This document shows, one piece after another, positions 24,899 through 34,275 of a stretch of 64,000 nucleotides of DNA. Source of the stretch: a bacterium (GTDB lineage Bacteria > Vulcanimicrobiota > Vulcanimicrobiia > Vulcanimicrobiales > SCRA01); the NCBI GenBank assembly GCA_004298675.1, contig SCRI01000080.1:6961-70960 (forward strand), given 5' to 3'. The notes beneath the pieces were generated by a model. That model made no database searches. It was not told where the DNA came from and was given only the letters and a program-made list of their open reading frames with translations. Position 1 is the stretch's first letter, and the number at the start of each line of letters is the position of its first letter. A program made the translations under genes and the position numbers.

Positions 24899-25921
24899 AT
24901 GAACTATCCCAAGTTCAAAGCCGCCGCGGCCCATCTGTCGCCGGTCTTCCTGAACGCGGAGAAGACGGTGGCCAAGGCCTGCGACGCGATTCGCGAGGCC
25001 GCGCGCAACGGCGCGCAGTTGGTGACGCTGCCGGAGTCCTACATTCCCGCGTTCCCGGTCTGGGCCGCGCTCTGGGCACCAATCTACAACCATGCGCACT
25101 TTCGTGCGCTGGTGGACAATTCGTTGCGCGTGCCGGGGCCGGAAGTGCAGCGCATCGCGGACACCGCGCGCGAGGCCGGCGTCTTCGTCTCGGTTGGACT
25201 CAGCGAGCGCAGCTCCGCCAGCATCGGCGGGCTCTGGAACAGCAACCTCTTGATTTCCGACGAGGGCGTGCTGCTCAACCACCATCGCAAGCTCGTGCCG
25301 ACGTTCTTCGAGAAGATGGTCTGGGCCGCTGGCGACGGTGCCGGGCTGCGCGTGGCCGAGACGCGGATCGGACGCATCGGTGCGCTCATCTGCGGCGAGA
25401 ATACCAATCCGTTGGCGCGCTTCTCGTTGATGGCGCAGTCGGAGGAGGTGCACATCTCCACCTGGCCGCCGATCTGGCCGACGCGGCCGCCCAGCGACGG
25501 CCGCCGCTACGATATTGCGGCAGCCGTGCGCATCCGCGCCGGCGCTCACTCCTTTGAGGCCAAAGCCTTCAATATCGTGGTCTCCGGATTCATGGATGCG
25601 GCGATGCGCGACTATCTGGTCGACGTCGATTCCGGCGTGGGCGATCTGCTGGACCAGACGCCGCGCAGCGTCTCGATGTTCGTGGGCCCCGACGGTGCGC
25701 AGTTCGGCGAGAGCATCAGCGACGCCGAGGGCATCATCTACGCCGACATCGACGTCGCGCTGTGCATCGAGCAGAAGCAGTTCCACGACGTTGCCTGCTA
25801 CTACAACCGTTTCGACGTCTTCGATCTCAAGGTGGACCGCAAGCGGCTGGAGCCGATCGAGTTTGCCTCCAGTGCGCCGGGGACGGTGAGCGAGGACGAG
25901 GCCGCTCAAACACCCAGGTAG
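24899..25921 (+). CDS. nitrilase (carbon-nitrogen hydrolase superfamily)
   Basis: 340 aa. The Glu-Lys-Cys triad context is LVTLPESYIP, HHRKLVPT and GALICGENTNP. Overall it is like nitrilase/cyanide hydratase branch 1. Confidence 0.9.
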   Translation: MNYPKFKAAAAHLSPVFLNAEKTVAKACDAIREAARNGAQLVTLPESYIPAFPVWAALWAPIYNHAHFRALVDNSLRVPGPEVQRIADTAREAGVFVSVGLSERSSASIGGLWNSNLLISDEGVLLNHHRKLVPTFFEKMVWAAGDGAGLRVAETRIGRIGALICGENTNPLARFSLMAQSEEVHISTWPPIWPTRPPSDGRRYDIAAAVRIRAGAHSFEAKAFNIVVSGFMDAAMRDYLVDVDSGVGDLLDQTPRSVSMFVGPDGAQFGESISDAEGIIYADIDVALCIEQKQFHDVACYYNRFDVFDLKVDRKRLEPIEFASSAPGTVSEDEAAQTPR

Positions 25922-26604
25922 CGATGCATCAGCTCCGGCTCGCGCTGGAGCGCCTGCGGAGTGCCGTCGTAGATGACGTGCCCTTTGCTCAGAATGTAGC
26001 AGCGGTGGGCTAACGCAAGTGCGGCGCGGACGTTCTGCTCCACGATCACGATCGTGCGTCCCTGCTCGGCGAGCAGTTTCGTGGTGGCGATGAGGTTCTG
26101 CACGATGATCGGAGCCAGACCCTCGAAGGGTTCGTCCAGGAGGATCAAGCGCGCGTCCCGGATCAGCGCACGGGCGATTGCCAGCATCTGCTGCTCTCCG
26201 CCGGAGAGCGCGCGCCCCATGTTGCGGCGCCGCTGCTCCAAGCGCGGGAAGAGCTCGTAGATGCGGCCGAGCGTCCACGCCTGCGGCGCCGTCAGTGCCG
26301 CCAGCTTGAGGTTCTCCTCCACGGTGATCGAAGGCACGATGCGCCGCTCGTCGGGCACGAGCTGGACGCCGCGCCGCGCAACTTCGTAAGCCGGGAGTCC
26401 GGCGATCGGCTTGCCGGCGAAGCGGATCGTTCCCGCACGCGGTTTGAGCACGCCCATCAGCGTCTTCATCGTGGTGGTCTTGCCCGAACCGTTGCGCCCC
26501 AGCAGCGCCACCAGTTCACCCTCCTCGACGTGCAGCGAGACGTCGAACAGGATGTGCGAGTCGCCGTAGTACGTGTGAATCTTCTCGACTTCCAGCAGGC
26601 TCAC
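25906..26604 (-). CDS. livF: branched-chain-amino-acid-type ABC transporter ATP-binding protein (LivF-like)
   Basis: 232 aa with Walker A GRNGSGKTT, signature LSGGEQQML and Walker B LILLDEP. GTGA overlap with the upstream livG-like gene. Confidence 0.9.
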   Translation of the reverse strand: MSLLEVEKIHTYYGDSHILFDVSLHVEEGELVALLGRNGSGKTTTMKTLMGVLKPRAGTIRFAGKPIAGLPAYEVARRGVQLVPDERRIVPSITVEENLKLAALTAPQAWTLGRIYELFPRLEQRRRNMGRALSGGEQQMLAIARALIRDARLILLDEPFEGLAPIIVQNLIATTKLLAEQGRTIVIVEQNVRAALALAHRCYILSKGHVIYDGTPQALQREPELMHRYLGV

Positions 26605-27344
26605 AGCGCGCCTCCGAGATAGGCTTCCTGGACCGCGGGATGGGCGCGGATCTCCTCCGGCGGCCCCTCCGCGATCTTGCGGCCCTCGTGCATGACCGTG
26701 ATGCGGTCGGCGAGCTCGAACACCACGTCCATGTCGTGCTCGACGACGATGATCGTCACGCTCTTGCGCAGTTCCTTGACCAGTTGGACGGTGCCCTTCG
26801 ACTCCTCGGGGCTCATGCCGGCAGTCGGCTCATCCAGTAGCAAGAGATCTGGCTGCGTCGCCAAAGCTAAGCCGATCTCCAGACGCCGCTTCTCGCCGTA
26901 GGCGAGATCGGCGGCGCGCGTCTGGGCGCGCTCCTCTAGATTCATCGCGCGCAGCACCCCGGCTAGCACGTCCGCGAGGCCGCGCACACCGCGTAGGCGG
27001 CGGAAGGGATCGAAGCGGAACGGGCCACGCAATTTCGCCAGCGCGGGAATGACGATGTTCTCGGAGACGGTGAGGTTGGGGAAAATCTGCGTGGTCTGGT
27101 AGCTCTTGCTGATGCCGCGGCGGCAGATCTCCGTGGCATTCAGGCCCGTGATGGGCGCGTCTTTGAAATGGATATGGCCCGAGGTCGGCCGCAGCTCGCC
27201 GCTGAGCATCTTGAAGAGCGTGCTCTTGCCGGCGCCATTTGGGCCGATCAGGGCGTTCACCGTGCCCTGGCGCACCTCGAGCGAGAGCTCGTTGACGGCG
27301 GTCAAGCCGCCGAAGCGTTTGGTAATGCTGCGAGCCTCGAGCAT
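26601..27344 (-). CDS. livG: branched-chain-amino-acid-type ABC transporter ATP-binding protein (LivG-like)
   Basis: Start at internal ATG 27344 of ORF 26601..28547: MLEARSITKRFGGLTAVNELSLEV...GPNGAGKST...YGEKRRLEIG...LLLDEPTAGM, 247 aa. Confidence 0.9.
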   Translation of the reverse strand: MLEARSITKRFGGLTAVNELSLEVRQGTVNALIGPNGAGKSTLFKMLSGELRPTSGHIHFKDAPITGLNATEICRRGISKSYQTTQIFPNLTVSENIVIPALAKLRGPFRFDPFRRLRGVRGLADVLAGVLRAMNLEERAQTRAADLAYGEKRRLEIGLALATQPDLLLLDEPTAGMSPEESKGTVQLVKELRKSVTIIVVEHDMDVVFELADRITVMHEGRKIAEGPPEEIRAHPAVQEAYLGGAL

Positions 27345-27352
27345 CGCCGCCA

Positions 27353-28378
27353 CTATGCCGTGCCCTCGTCGGTGCGCGGCGCGGGCGCGCGCCGCAAGCG
27401 GAAGAGCCCGATGCCGTCGCTGATACCGCCCGCGATGCCGCGCCGGAAGAGCGTTACCAGAACGATAAAGGTCAGCCCCAAGATGATTTTCCAGAACGCG
27501 CCCACGCCGTGCAGGTTCTGCAGCGCCTCGCGCAGGTAACTCCAAAGTCCCGCGCCCACGAGCGGGCCGATCAGCGTGCCCGCTCCACCGATGATCGTCA
27601 TGATGATGATCTCGCCGGATTGGTCGATCGAGAAGGCGTCCGGCGGCATGTAGCCTTGGAAGATGCCCAGCAGACCGCCGGCCATGCCGGCATAGGCGGC
27701 GGCGATCGTGAAGATCGCGAGCTTGTATTTGGGGACGTTGTGCCCTACCGCCGCGGCGCGGGCGGGGTTTTCGAGAATCGCGCGCAGCACCGCGCCCATG
27801 GGCGAGCGCACGATGCGCCGCGCGATCCAGTAGCCGGCGAAGAAGCACACCGCGACAAAGTAGTAGAGCGCGAGGTTCGAGTGCACGTGCAGCGTGGTGA
27901 AGCCTAGCGGGATCTCGGGTTTGGGTAGTCCCGGCAGGCCGTTCTCGCCGCCGGTCCACTTTGCCAGCGGTGAGTTTTCGAGGAAGTAGAAGACCTCGCC
28001 GAACGCCAGCGTCAGCATCGCGAAGTAGACGCCGGCCTGGCGCAGGCAAAGATAGCCGATCAGCGTGCCGCACAGGGCCGCCACGATCGTGCCGGCGGCC
28101 AATGCCCAGAGCGTATTGTGGAGCAGGCCCGTGCTCAGCAGGTAGGCGGTGACAAAGCCGCCGGTGCCATAGAAGGCGGCCTGCCCGAACGAGAGCATGC
28201 CGGTGTAGCCGAAGATGAGATCCATCCCGATCCCGAAGAGCCCGAGGATCAAGATGCGCGTCGCGAGGTTGGCGTAGCCGCCGATGGCCGGAAAGATCCA
28301 CGGGAAGGCGATCAGGAAGAGCGCGACGGCGAGCTCGGCGCGCCAGGTGGAGCGGTCTCCGACGGCACGCAAGATCAC
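27353..28378 (-). CDS. livM: branched-chain-amino-acid-type ABC transporter permease (LivM-like)
   Basis: GTG at 28378 forms a GTGA overlap with the livH-like stop. 341 aa: ...GLFGIGMDLIFGYTGMLSFGQAAFYGTGGF...ENPARAAAVGHNVPKYKL. The rest of ORF 27353..29539 is an out-of-gene extension. Confidence 0.85.
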   Translation of the reverse strand: MILRAVGDRSTWRAELAVALFLIAFPWIFPAIGGYANLATRILILGLFGIGMDLIFGYTGMLSFGQAAFYGTGGFVTAYLLSTGLLHNTLWALAAGTIVAALCGTLIGYLCLRQAGVYFAMLTLAFGEVFYFLENSPLAKWTGGENGLPGLPKPEIPLGFTTLHVHSNLALYYFVAVCFFAGYWIARRIVRSPMGAVLRAILENPARAAAVGHNVPKYKLAIFTIAAAYAGMAGGLLGIFQGYMPPDAFSIDQSGEIIIMTIIGGAGTLIGPLVGAGLWSYLREALQNLHGVGAFWKIILGLTFIVLVTLFRRGIAGGISDGIGLFRLRRAPAPRTDEGTA

Positions 28379-29247
28379 AGCCGGCCCTCCGTGCCGAAGA
28401 GGCCCTGCGGGCGCAGGATGAGCACGAGCGCCATGGCGAGGTAGAGCATGACTTGCGCGTAGTCGGGCGCCCAGATCGTGGTGATGCTGATGATTTCGCC
28501 GGCGATGATGCCTCCCGCGATCGATCCGGTAAACGAGCCCAAGCCACCGATCACGACCACCACGAACGACTCGACCAAAACCGATGCCCCCATGTCGGGA
28601 TCGACCGCGACGATCGGGGCGTCGATCACGCCGGAGAATCCCGCCACCATGGCTCCGATGACGAAGACCGCCAACAGCGTCTTGGTGACGTCGATGCCGA
28701 GGATGTTGACGATGAGACTGTCGTCGATGCCGGCGCGGACGATCAGGCCCAAACGCGTCTTGTAGAGCACGAGGTAGATGGCCGTCAGCGTGATCGCGGC
28801 AATCACGATCACCTGCAGACGATAGTTCGGATAGACCAGGAACCCCAGATTGGTGGCGCCCATGCCCCATGGCGGCATGGGAAAGAGTTGCGTCTTTCCG
28901 CCGAAGATCGCGCGCACGATCTCCACGATGACGATCGCCAACCCGAAGGTGACGAGGATCTGATCTTCGGGCGGCCTTCGGTAGAAGAGCCGGATCAGCA
29001 CGCGCTCGACGACGATGCCCAATGCGAGCACAACCAGCGCGCCCGCCAACAGCGCCAGCGCGAACGAGTTGGTGCGCTCGAAGGTCACGAGCCCCGCGTA
29101 GGCGCCTACCATGAAGAAGACGCCGTGCGCGAAGTTCACGAGTCCCAAGAGCCCAAAGGTGATCGTCAGGCCCAACGCCACCAGCGCCAGGATAGACCCC
29201 AGCGCCAATCCGTTCAGTAACTGAGCGATCAGGAGATGCCAGTTCAC
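28375..29247 (-). CDS. livH: branched-chain-amino-acid-type ABC transporter permease (LivH-like)
   Basis: 290 aa. MNWHLLIAQLLNGLALGSILALVALGLTITFGLLGLVNFAHG is the canonical LivH N-terminus. Confidence 0.9.
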   Translation of the reverse strand: MNWHLLIAQLLNGLALGSILALVALGLTITFGLLGLVNFAHGVFFMVGAYAGLVTFERTNSFALALLAGALVVLALGIVVERVLIRLFYRRPPEDQILVTFGLAIVIVEIVRAIFGGKTQLFPMPPWGMGATNLGFLVYPNYRLQVIVIAAITLTAIYLVLYKTRLGLIVRAGIDDSLIVNILGIDVTKTLLAVFVIGAMVAGFSGVIDAPIVAVDPDMGASVLVESFVVVVIGGLGSFTGSIAGGIIAGEIISITTIWAPDYAQVMLYLAMALVLILRPQGLFGTEGRL

Positions 29248-29265
29248 GCCTGAGCGCGCCCTTCT

Positions 29266-30645
29266 CTAGGTGTAGCCGGGCAGGTGGCAGCCGAACAGGC
29301 CGAGCGGCGGAACCGCCTCCGCTCCCGGCACCATGCCCACGATCTCGAAGTAGTCGTCCTTGTTCGCCATCGCGGAGGGCTTCTTGCCTTTGAGCACCGG
29401 CACCGGGCGGATCTGCTGGTGATCTCCGGCACGGTAGGCCACCGGGCCGAGACAGAGATCGATCTTGTGGCCGCTCTCCAGAGTCTTGATGACCTCGGGC
29501 GGATAGAACGTGCCCGCGCGTTCGACGGCGTCGGCCCACGTCAAGGTTTGATCGTAGGCGATGTGCGCGGTCCAGCGCGGATAGATGCCGTGGTACTCCT
29601 TGAGGAAGGCATCGAGGAAGATCTTCGAGTTCGCGGCGGCCTCCGGGTAGGCTTTATTGCCGGCCAAACCCCAATACCAGTCCTGCGTTCCGTACACGCC
29701 CGCCATGATCTCCGCGCCCACACCGTCCGGCATGTACGAGGAGATGTTGGGCACGATCATCTGCATTGTCTTGAAGATACCGAACTGCGCGGCTTGCTTC
29801 GTGGACGCCACGGCGTCGTTGCCGAACTCGATGTTGACGAAGACGTCGGCACCGGAGTTGGCGATGTTGAGGAGATACGAGCTGTAGTCGGTCGTGCCCA
29901 CCGGTGCGAGGTAGTGGTTGACGGTGGTCCAGCCGATCTTCTCCGTGAACTCCTTCATCGAATCGTAGAGCGTGGTGCCGTAGGTGTAGTCCGGCACCAG
30001 GTAGACCGCACGGCGCTTGGTTCCAAGTTCCTTCTTCAGGACAGGAGCCAGCGCTTTGGCGTCCATGTATGCCGACGGCTGCGAGCGGAAGCCGTAGCGT
30101 TGACAGTCCTTACCGGTGGTGTCGTTGGAGCCGCTCGCGCCGGAGAGAAAGACGACCTTCTCGCGCTGAGCCAGCTTCGCCAGCGCGATGACAACGGCGC
30201 TGCTGGTGTCACCGCAGATCATGATCGCCTTGTCCCGCTCGATGAACTCGGTTGCCGCTTGCACGGCTGGATTGGCCTTGGTCTCCGAGTCGCCGATCTT
30301 GTAGACGAGCCGTTTGCCCAGTACGCCCTTACCCGAGAGCGTCGGTACTTTGCTTACCAGCCCGCCGCCGCCGTTGAGATGCTTGATGGCGAGCTTGTAA
30401 CCCTTGACCAGATCCTCGCCGTCGGCTGAGTACGAGCCGGTGAGGTCGGAGATGATGCCGATCATCGCGGTGTCGCCGCTCACGCCCGCCGGGAACGTTC
30501 CGAGGGCGGGGTACGATTTCGCTGACTTCGCGGCGCGCACGATCGCTGGAAAGCCGACTGTCGCGGTGGCGGCGGCCGCCGCCGTGCCTTTCAGGAAAAG
30601 GTTGCGGCTGAGCGCCGACTCTTTCGTTCCGTTTCGCGTATCCAT
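29266..30645 (-). CDS. ABC transporter substrate-binding protein, LivK/type-1 PBP family
   Basis: 459 aa. Tat-like leader LSRNLFLKGTAAAAATATVGFPAIVRA. First gene of the SBP-livHMGF-like operon and a paralogue of 10103..11374. Confidence 0.85.
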   Translation of the reverse strand: MDTRNGTKESALSRNLFLKGTAAAAATATVGFPAIVRAAKSAKSYPALGTFPAGVSGDTAMIGIISDLTGSYSADGEDLVKGYKLAIKHLNGGGGLVSKVPTLSGKGVLGKRLVYKIGDSETKANPAVQAATEFIERDKAIMICGDTSSAVVIALAKLAQREKVVFLSGASGSNDTTGKDCQRYGFRSQPSAYMDAKALAPVLKKELGTKRRAVYLVPDYTYGTTLYDSMKEFTEKIGWTTVNHYLAPVGTTDYSSYLLNIANSGADVFVNIEFGNDAVASTKQAAQFGIFKTMQMIVPNISSYMPDGVGAEIMAGVYGTQDWYWGLAGNKAYPEAAANSKIFLDAFLKEYHGIYPRWTAHIAYDQTLTWADAVERAGTFYPPEVIKTLESGHKIDLCLGPVAYRAGDHQQIRPVPVLKGKKPSAMANKDDYFEIVGMVPGAEAVPPLGLFGCHLPGYT

Positions 30646-30743
30646 GGTCCCGACGTCCTTTCATCATTACGGATCTCACAGGAGAAGAACCGACGAGGTT
30701 GACGCTGCCAGGCCACTACATGACGGACATAGCGGTACCTAAT

Positions 30744-30766
30744 TTCCTGTATCATGAAATCAGGAA
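30744..30766. promoter_or_regulatory. inverted repeat TTCCTG-N11-CAGGAA in the AT-richer leader of the ABC operon
   Basis: Read directly at 30744-30749 and 30761-30766, about 100 nt upstream (minus-strand sense) of the SBP start at 30645. An operator role is a guess. Confidence 0.25.
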
Positions 30767-30845
30767 CGCATGAGATCGCCGCTCTATTCGCGAGGCTAAG
30801 ACGAGATCATTCTCCGCGCGATCAGATCGCGAAGAAGTGCGTTGA

Positions 30846-32348
30846 CTAACGGAGCGCGGGTGCCGGGCTCGCTGCTGCCGCAGCCTGCGTGCGCGATGCG
30901 GGGCGTCTGCGCTCGATCTCCGCGAGCATCAGCGGCGTGACGTCGCCGGTGATGTAGACGCCGTCGAAACAAGACGTTTCGAAATGCTTGATGGCGGGAT
31001 TGCCTTCGCTGGCAGCGGCGACCAAGTCGGAGAGATCTTGGTAGATCAGCGCATCGGCACCGATCGCCGCGCAGATCTCTTCCTCGGTGCGCCCGTGCGC
31101 GATCAGCTCTTGGCGGCTGGGCATGTCGATACCGTAGACGTTGGGAAAGCGCACGGGCGGAGCCGCGGAGGCGAAGTAGACGTTGCGCGCGCCGGCGTCG
31201 CGCGCGGTCTGCACGATCTGGCGCGAGGTGGTTCCGCGCACGATCGAGTCGTCCACCAGCAGCACGTTCTTGCCCGCGAACTCTTGCGGAATGATGTTGA
31301 GCTTCTGGCGCACCGAAGCCCGGCGCAACGTCTGATCGGGCATGATGAACGTGCGCCCGATGTAACGGTTCTTCACGAAGCCTTCGCGGTAGTTGAGTTT
31401 GAGGCGGTTGGCCAGCTCCATCGCGGCGGGGCGGCTCGTATCCGGAATGGGAATCACGACGTCGATGGCGAGGTGCGCGTAGAAACGGCGGATCTTCTCC
31501 GCCAGACGCTCGCCCAGCCGCAACCGCGTCTGATAGACGGAGACGCCGTCGAGCACCGAGTCCGGCCGCGCTAGATAGACGTACTCGAAGATGCACGGAT
31601 AACCGTCGACGTCGCCGGCGCAGCGCCGTGACGAGAAACTCCCGTCGACGCCGATGAAGACCGCCTCGCCCGGCGCCACGTCGCGCAGCAACGTGAATCC
31701 GAGTACGTCGAGCGCCACCGATTCGGAGGCGATCAAGTACTCGTCGTGGCCGTTGGCGCGGCTATGCCCGATGACGAGCGGACGGATGCCGAAGGCGTCG
31801 CGGAAGGCCAGTAGCCCATAGCCCGCGATCAAGGCTACGACCGCGTAGGCGCCGCGACAGCGCCGATGGACCGCGGAGACGGCGTCGAAGACGACGTCGG
31901 GGCTCAGCTTACGATGCTCGGAGGCGCGCCCGATTTCGTGGGCCAGAACGTTCAGCAGCACCTCCGAGTCCGAGCCGGTGTTGACGTGCCGCAGATCGTC
32001 TTGGAAGAGCTCGTGCTTGAGTTGTTCGGCGTTGGTGAGGTTGCCGTTGTGCCCGAGGATGATGCCGTAGGGCGAGTTGACGTAGAGCGGCTGAGCCTCG
32101 GTGAACGCCGAGGAACCCGCGGTGGGATAGCGCGCGTGCCCGATCCCGATGTTGCCCTGCAGATTGCGCATGTCGCGCGTGCGGAAGACGTCTCGGACCA
32201 GGCCGTTGCCTTTGTGCACGTAGAAGCGATGACCGCTGGACGTAGCGATGCCTGCCGCATCCTGACCGCGATGCTGGAGGACCAACAGCCCGTCGTAGAT
32301 CAGTTGACCGACTGGGCTAGTCGAGACGACGCCGATGATTCCGCACAT
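30846..32348 (-). CDS. purF: amidophosphoribosyltransferase
   Basis: 500 aa. N-terminal MCGIIGV (Cys nucleophile), [11 protein letters not shown] and the PRPP-binding [13 protein letters not shown]. Confidence 0.95.
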   Translation of the reverse strand: MCGIIGVVSTSPVGQLIYDGLLVLQHRGQDAAGIATSSGHRFYVHKGNGLVRDVFRTRDMRNLQGNIGIGHARYPTAGSSAFTEAQPLYVNSPYGIILGHNGNLTNAEQLKHELFQDDLRHVNTGSDSEVLLNVLAHEIGRASEHRKLSPDVVFDAVSAVHRRCRGAYAVVALIAGYGLLAFRDAFGIRPLVIGHSRANGHDEYLIASESVALDVLGFTLLRDVAPGEAVFIGVDGSFSSRRCAGDVDGYPCIFEYVYLARPDSVLDGVSVYQTRLRLGERLAEKIRRFYAHLAIDVVIPIPDTSRPAAMELANRLKLNYREGFVKNRYIGRTFIMPDQTLRRASVRQKLNIIPQEFAGKNVLLVDDSIVRGTTSRQIVQTARDAGARNVYFASAAPPVRFPNVYGIDMPSRQELIAHGRTEEEICAAIGADALIYQDLSDLVAAASEGNPAIKHFETSCFDGVYITGDVTPLMLAEIERRRPASRTQAAAAASPAPALR

Positions 32349-32415
32349 GATGCCCGCAAAGCCAAGGACACGCGGCCCAAGAGATTGGTTGCGCGACTCC
32401 GCGTTTCTACCGGAA

Positions 32416-32441
32416 GGAGCCTGCCCTCTCGAGCAGGCTCC
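32416..32441 (-). terminator. hairpin immediately 3' of the initiator tRNA
   Basis: GGAGCCTGC-cctctcga-GCAGGCTCC, a perfect 9-bp stem that begins 9 nt after the tRNA 3' end on the minus strand. It has no clear U-tract. Confidence 0.4.
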
Positions 32442-32448
32442 TCGTCAG

Positions 32449-32526
<78 letters not shown>

Positions 32527-32540
32527 ACGGAACGCAACAC

Positions 32541-32570
32541 ATTCTACTTGAAGTCGATGTGTGCGGTCAA
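32541..32570 (-). promoter_or_regulatory. sigma-70-type promoter for the initiator tRNA
   Basis: On the minus strand: TTGACC (32570-32565), 18-nt spacer, TAGAAT (32546-32541). The -10 element ends 14 nt upstream of the tRNA 5' end. Confidence 0.6.
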
Positions 32571-32585
32571 CCCCCTGCATGCGCG

Positions 32586-33179
32586 CTAGATGCGGAAGCC
32601 GACGCCGAGATACGGATAGGTCAGCACGCTGCGCGAGTCGGGTGCGGCACAGCGGCCGGACGTGTCGCAGACTTGACCCGAGGGCGTGCTGAAGAGCGCC
32701 ATCACGCCGGCCTGTAGATGGGCGCTGCCGCCGAGTGGTACGCGTGCGCCGAGCTCAAGCGTGGGTCCATTGGCGATCGTTCCACCCTGTGCGGCGGTTC
32801 CGAAACCGGCGAAGTTGGCGCTGCTGAAGCCGCCGTGCTCCCAGGCGTAACCGCCGCCGGCGTAGAGGGAAAAGTGTCCGAAGTAGGTGCGCGCGAACGT
32901 CACGCCGACTTGGAAGAAGTGAAAGCTCGTGTCCAGCAGCGTAGCGGGGCGCGCGGGCGTGCTCAGACTGAAGCTGTCCGTCAGCGCAGCGGCGACGCGC
33001 GCGAAGACCCGGACGTCGTATCCGCCCAAGCCTGGAAGGTCGGCGTCCGCCTCCGCCGCGCTCGCGAAGGGTTGCCGATCGCTGACCGGAGGCAGGACCA
33101 AGAACGTGAGGTCTGCGGCGGATGCGGGCACGCCTCCCGCTAGGAACGCGCAGGCGATGACCGGTGCGAGAGCACGCAT
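32586..33179 (-). CDS. small secreted protein, possible 8-stranded outer-membrane beta-barrel
   Basis: 197 aa. Signal peptide MRALAPVIACAFLAGGVPASA, Gly/aromatic-rich alternating segments and a C-terminal ...YPYLGVGFRI resembling OMP_b-brl termini. Confidence 0.5.
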   Translation of the reverse strand: MRALAPVIACAFLAGGVPASAADLTFLVLPPVSDRQPFASAAEADADLPGLGGYDVRVFARVAAALTDSFSLSTPARPATLLDTSFHFFQVGVTFARTYFGHFSLYAGGGYAWEHGGFSSANFAGFGTAAQGGTIANGPTLELGARVPLGGSAHLQAGVMALFSTPSGQVCDTSGRCAAPDSRSVLTYPYLGVGFRI

Positions 33180-33234
33180 GCGCCCCTGCTACGCCGCAGG
33201 CGGCCGGGCGCCTGCAGCGAAGCCGAATTCCACC

Positions 33235-34272
33235 ATGCTCGAGAGCCTGCGTACCCTGCCCAAGGTCCAGCTGCACGTTCACCTGGAGGGAACGATCTCT
33301 CCCGAACTGCTCCTGGCGCTTGCTCGCCGTCACGGGATCGATCTGAAGGAGCGCGCAGGGCTCGCACCGGCCGATCTGTACCGTTTCAAAGATTTCCAGG
33401 AGTTCCTCTACCTCTTCCGTGACGTCTGCCAGGCTCTCAAGGAGCCCGACGACTACGGGGTGCTGGCGGCGAGCTACGCTCGCGCGGCAGCAGCGCAGGG
33501 CGTCTGCTACGCGGAGGTCTTCATCTCGCCCAGCGTCTGGACGTGGTTTCATCGTCAGATCGACGTGCGCGCCGTGGTCGAAGCGATTCATGATGCCTTC
33601 GAGTCGGAGCGCCGGCGCAGCGGCTTTGAGGCACGTCTCATCGCTGACGTCACCCGCAACTTCGGACCGGCGCGTGCGCTCAAGACCATCACTTTGGTGG
33701 AAGGGCTCATGGACCTCGGCATCATCGGCATCGGTTTGGGTGGCGACGAGCGCAACTATCCCGCGCGTGATTTCGGTGATGCCTTTGCGAAGGCCCGGTC
33801 GGTGGGACTGCACACGGTGGCTCACGCCGGCGAGGCTCAGGCGGCCTGGAGCATCCGTGAGGCGTTGGAGATCGGTGCGGAGCGCATCGGGCACGGCTGC
33901 GCCGCCGCGGACGATGCGGAAGTGACGGCGCTGCTGGCGGAACGAAACGTCTGCGTCGAAGCTTGTCCAACATCGAATGCGCTGACGGGTGCGTGGCGCG
34001 CGGGCGAGCCGCATCCGCTGCTCTCACTCGACCGGGCCGGAGTGCCGATCGCGATCGACTCCGACGATCCGGCGCTCTTTAGCACCACCTTGCTGACCGA
34101 GTATGCCCGCGTCGCGGAGATGGCTGGACTCGATAGCGTGCGGCGTTTCGCTCGTAACGCCGTCGTGCACAGTTTCGCCGCCGGCGAGACCAAGCGCGAG
34201 CTGCTCGCGCGCATCGACCGGCACGCAGCTAGCAAGGGCGCGGGGGAGCGCGGGCGCGTGGAGAACCAGTAG
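33235..34272 (+). CDS. add: adenosine deaminase
   Basis: Start at internal ATG 33235: MLESLRTLPKVQLHVHLEGTI..., 345 aa. Contains HVHLEG, HAGE and SDDPALF metal/catalytic motifs. The upstream ORF extension overlaps the divergent gene and is rejected. Confidence 0.9.
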   Translation: MLESLRTLPKVQLHVHLEGTISPELLLALARRHGIDLKERAGLAPADLYRFKDFQEFLYLFRDVCQALKEPDDYGVLAASYARAAAAQGVCYAEVFISPSVWTWFHRQIDVRAVVEAIHDAFESERRRSGFEARLIADVTRNFGPARALKTITLVEGLMDLGIIGIGLGGDERNYPARDFGDAFAKARSVGLHTVAHAGEAQAAWSIREALEIGAERIGHGCAAADDAEVTALLAERNVCVEACPTSNALTGAWRAGEPHPLLSLDRAGVPIAIDSDDPALFSTTLLTEYARVAEMAGLDSVRRFARNAVVHSFAAGETKRELLARIDRHAASKGAGERGRVENQ

Positions 34273-34275
34273 CAT

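Noticed and set aside
26601-29539. Two very long minus-strand ORFs (648 and 728 aa) suggesting fused ABC components. The upstream extensions of ORFs 59010..60224 and 60797..62212 are of the same kind.
   Set aside because: Only the 3' portions carry the LivG, LivM, ZnuA or RseB-like sequences. The 5' portions overlap the neighbouring real genes out of frame. Internal starts with 4-nt stop/start overlaps give normal-length proteins.
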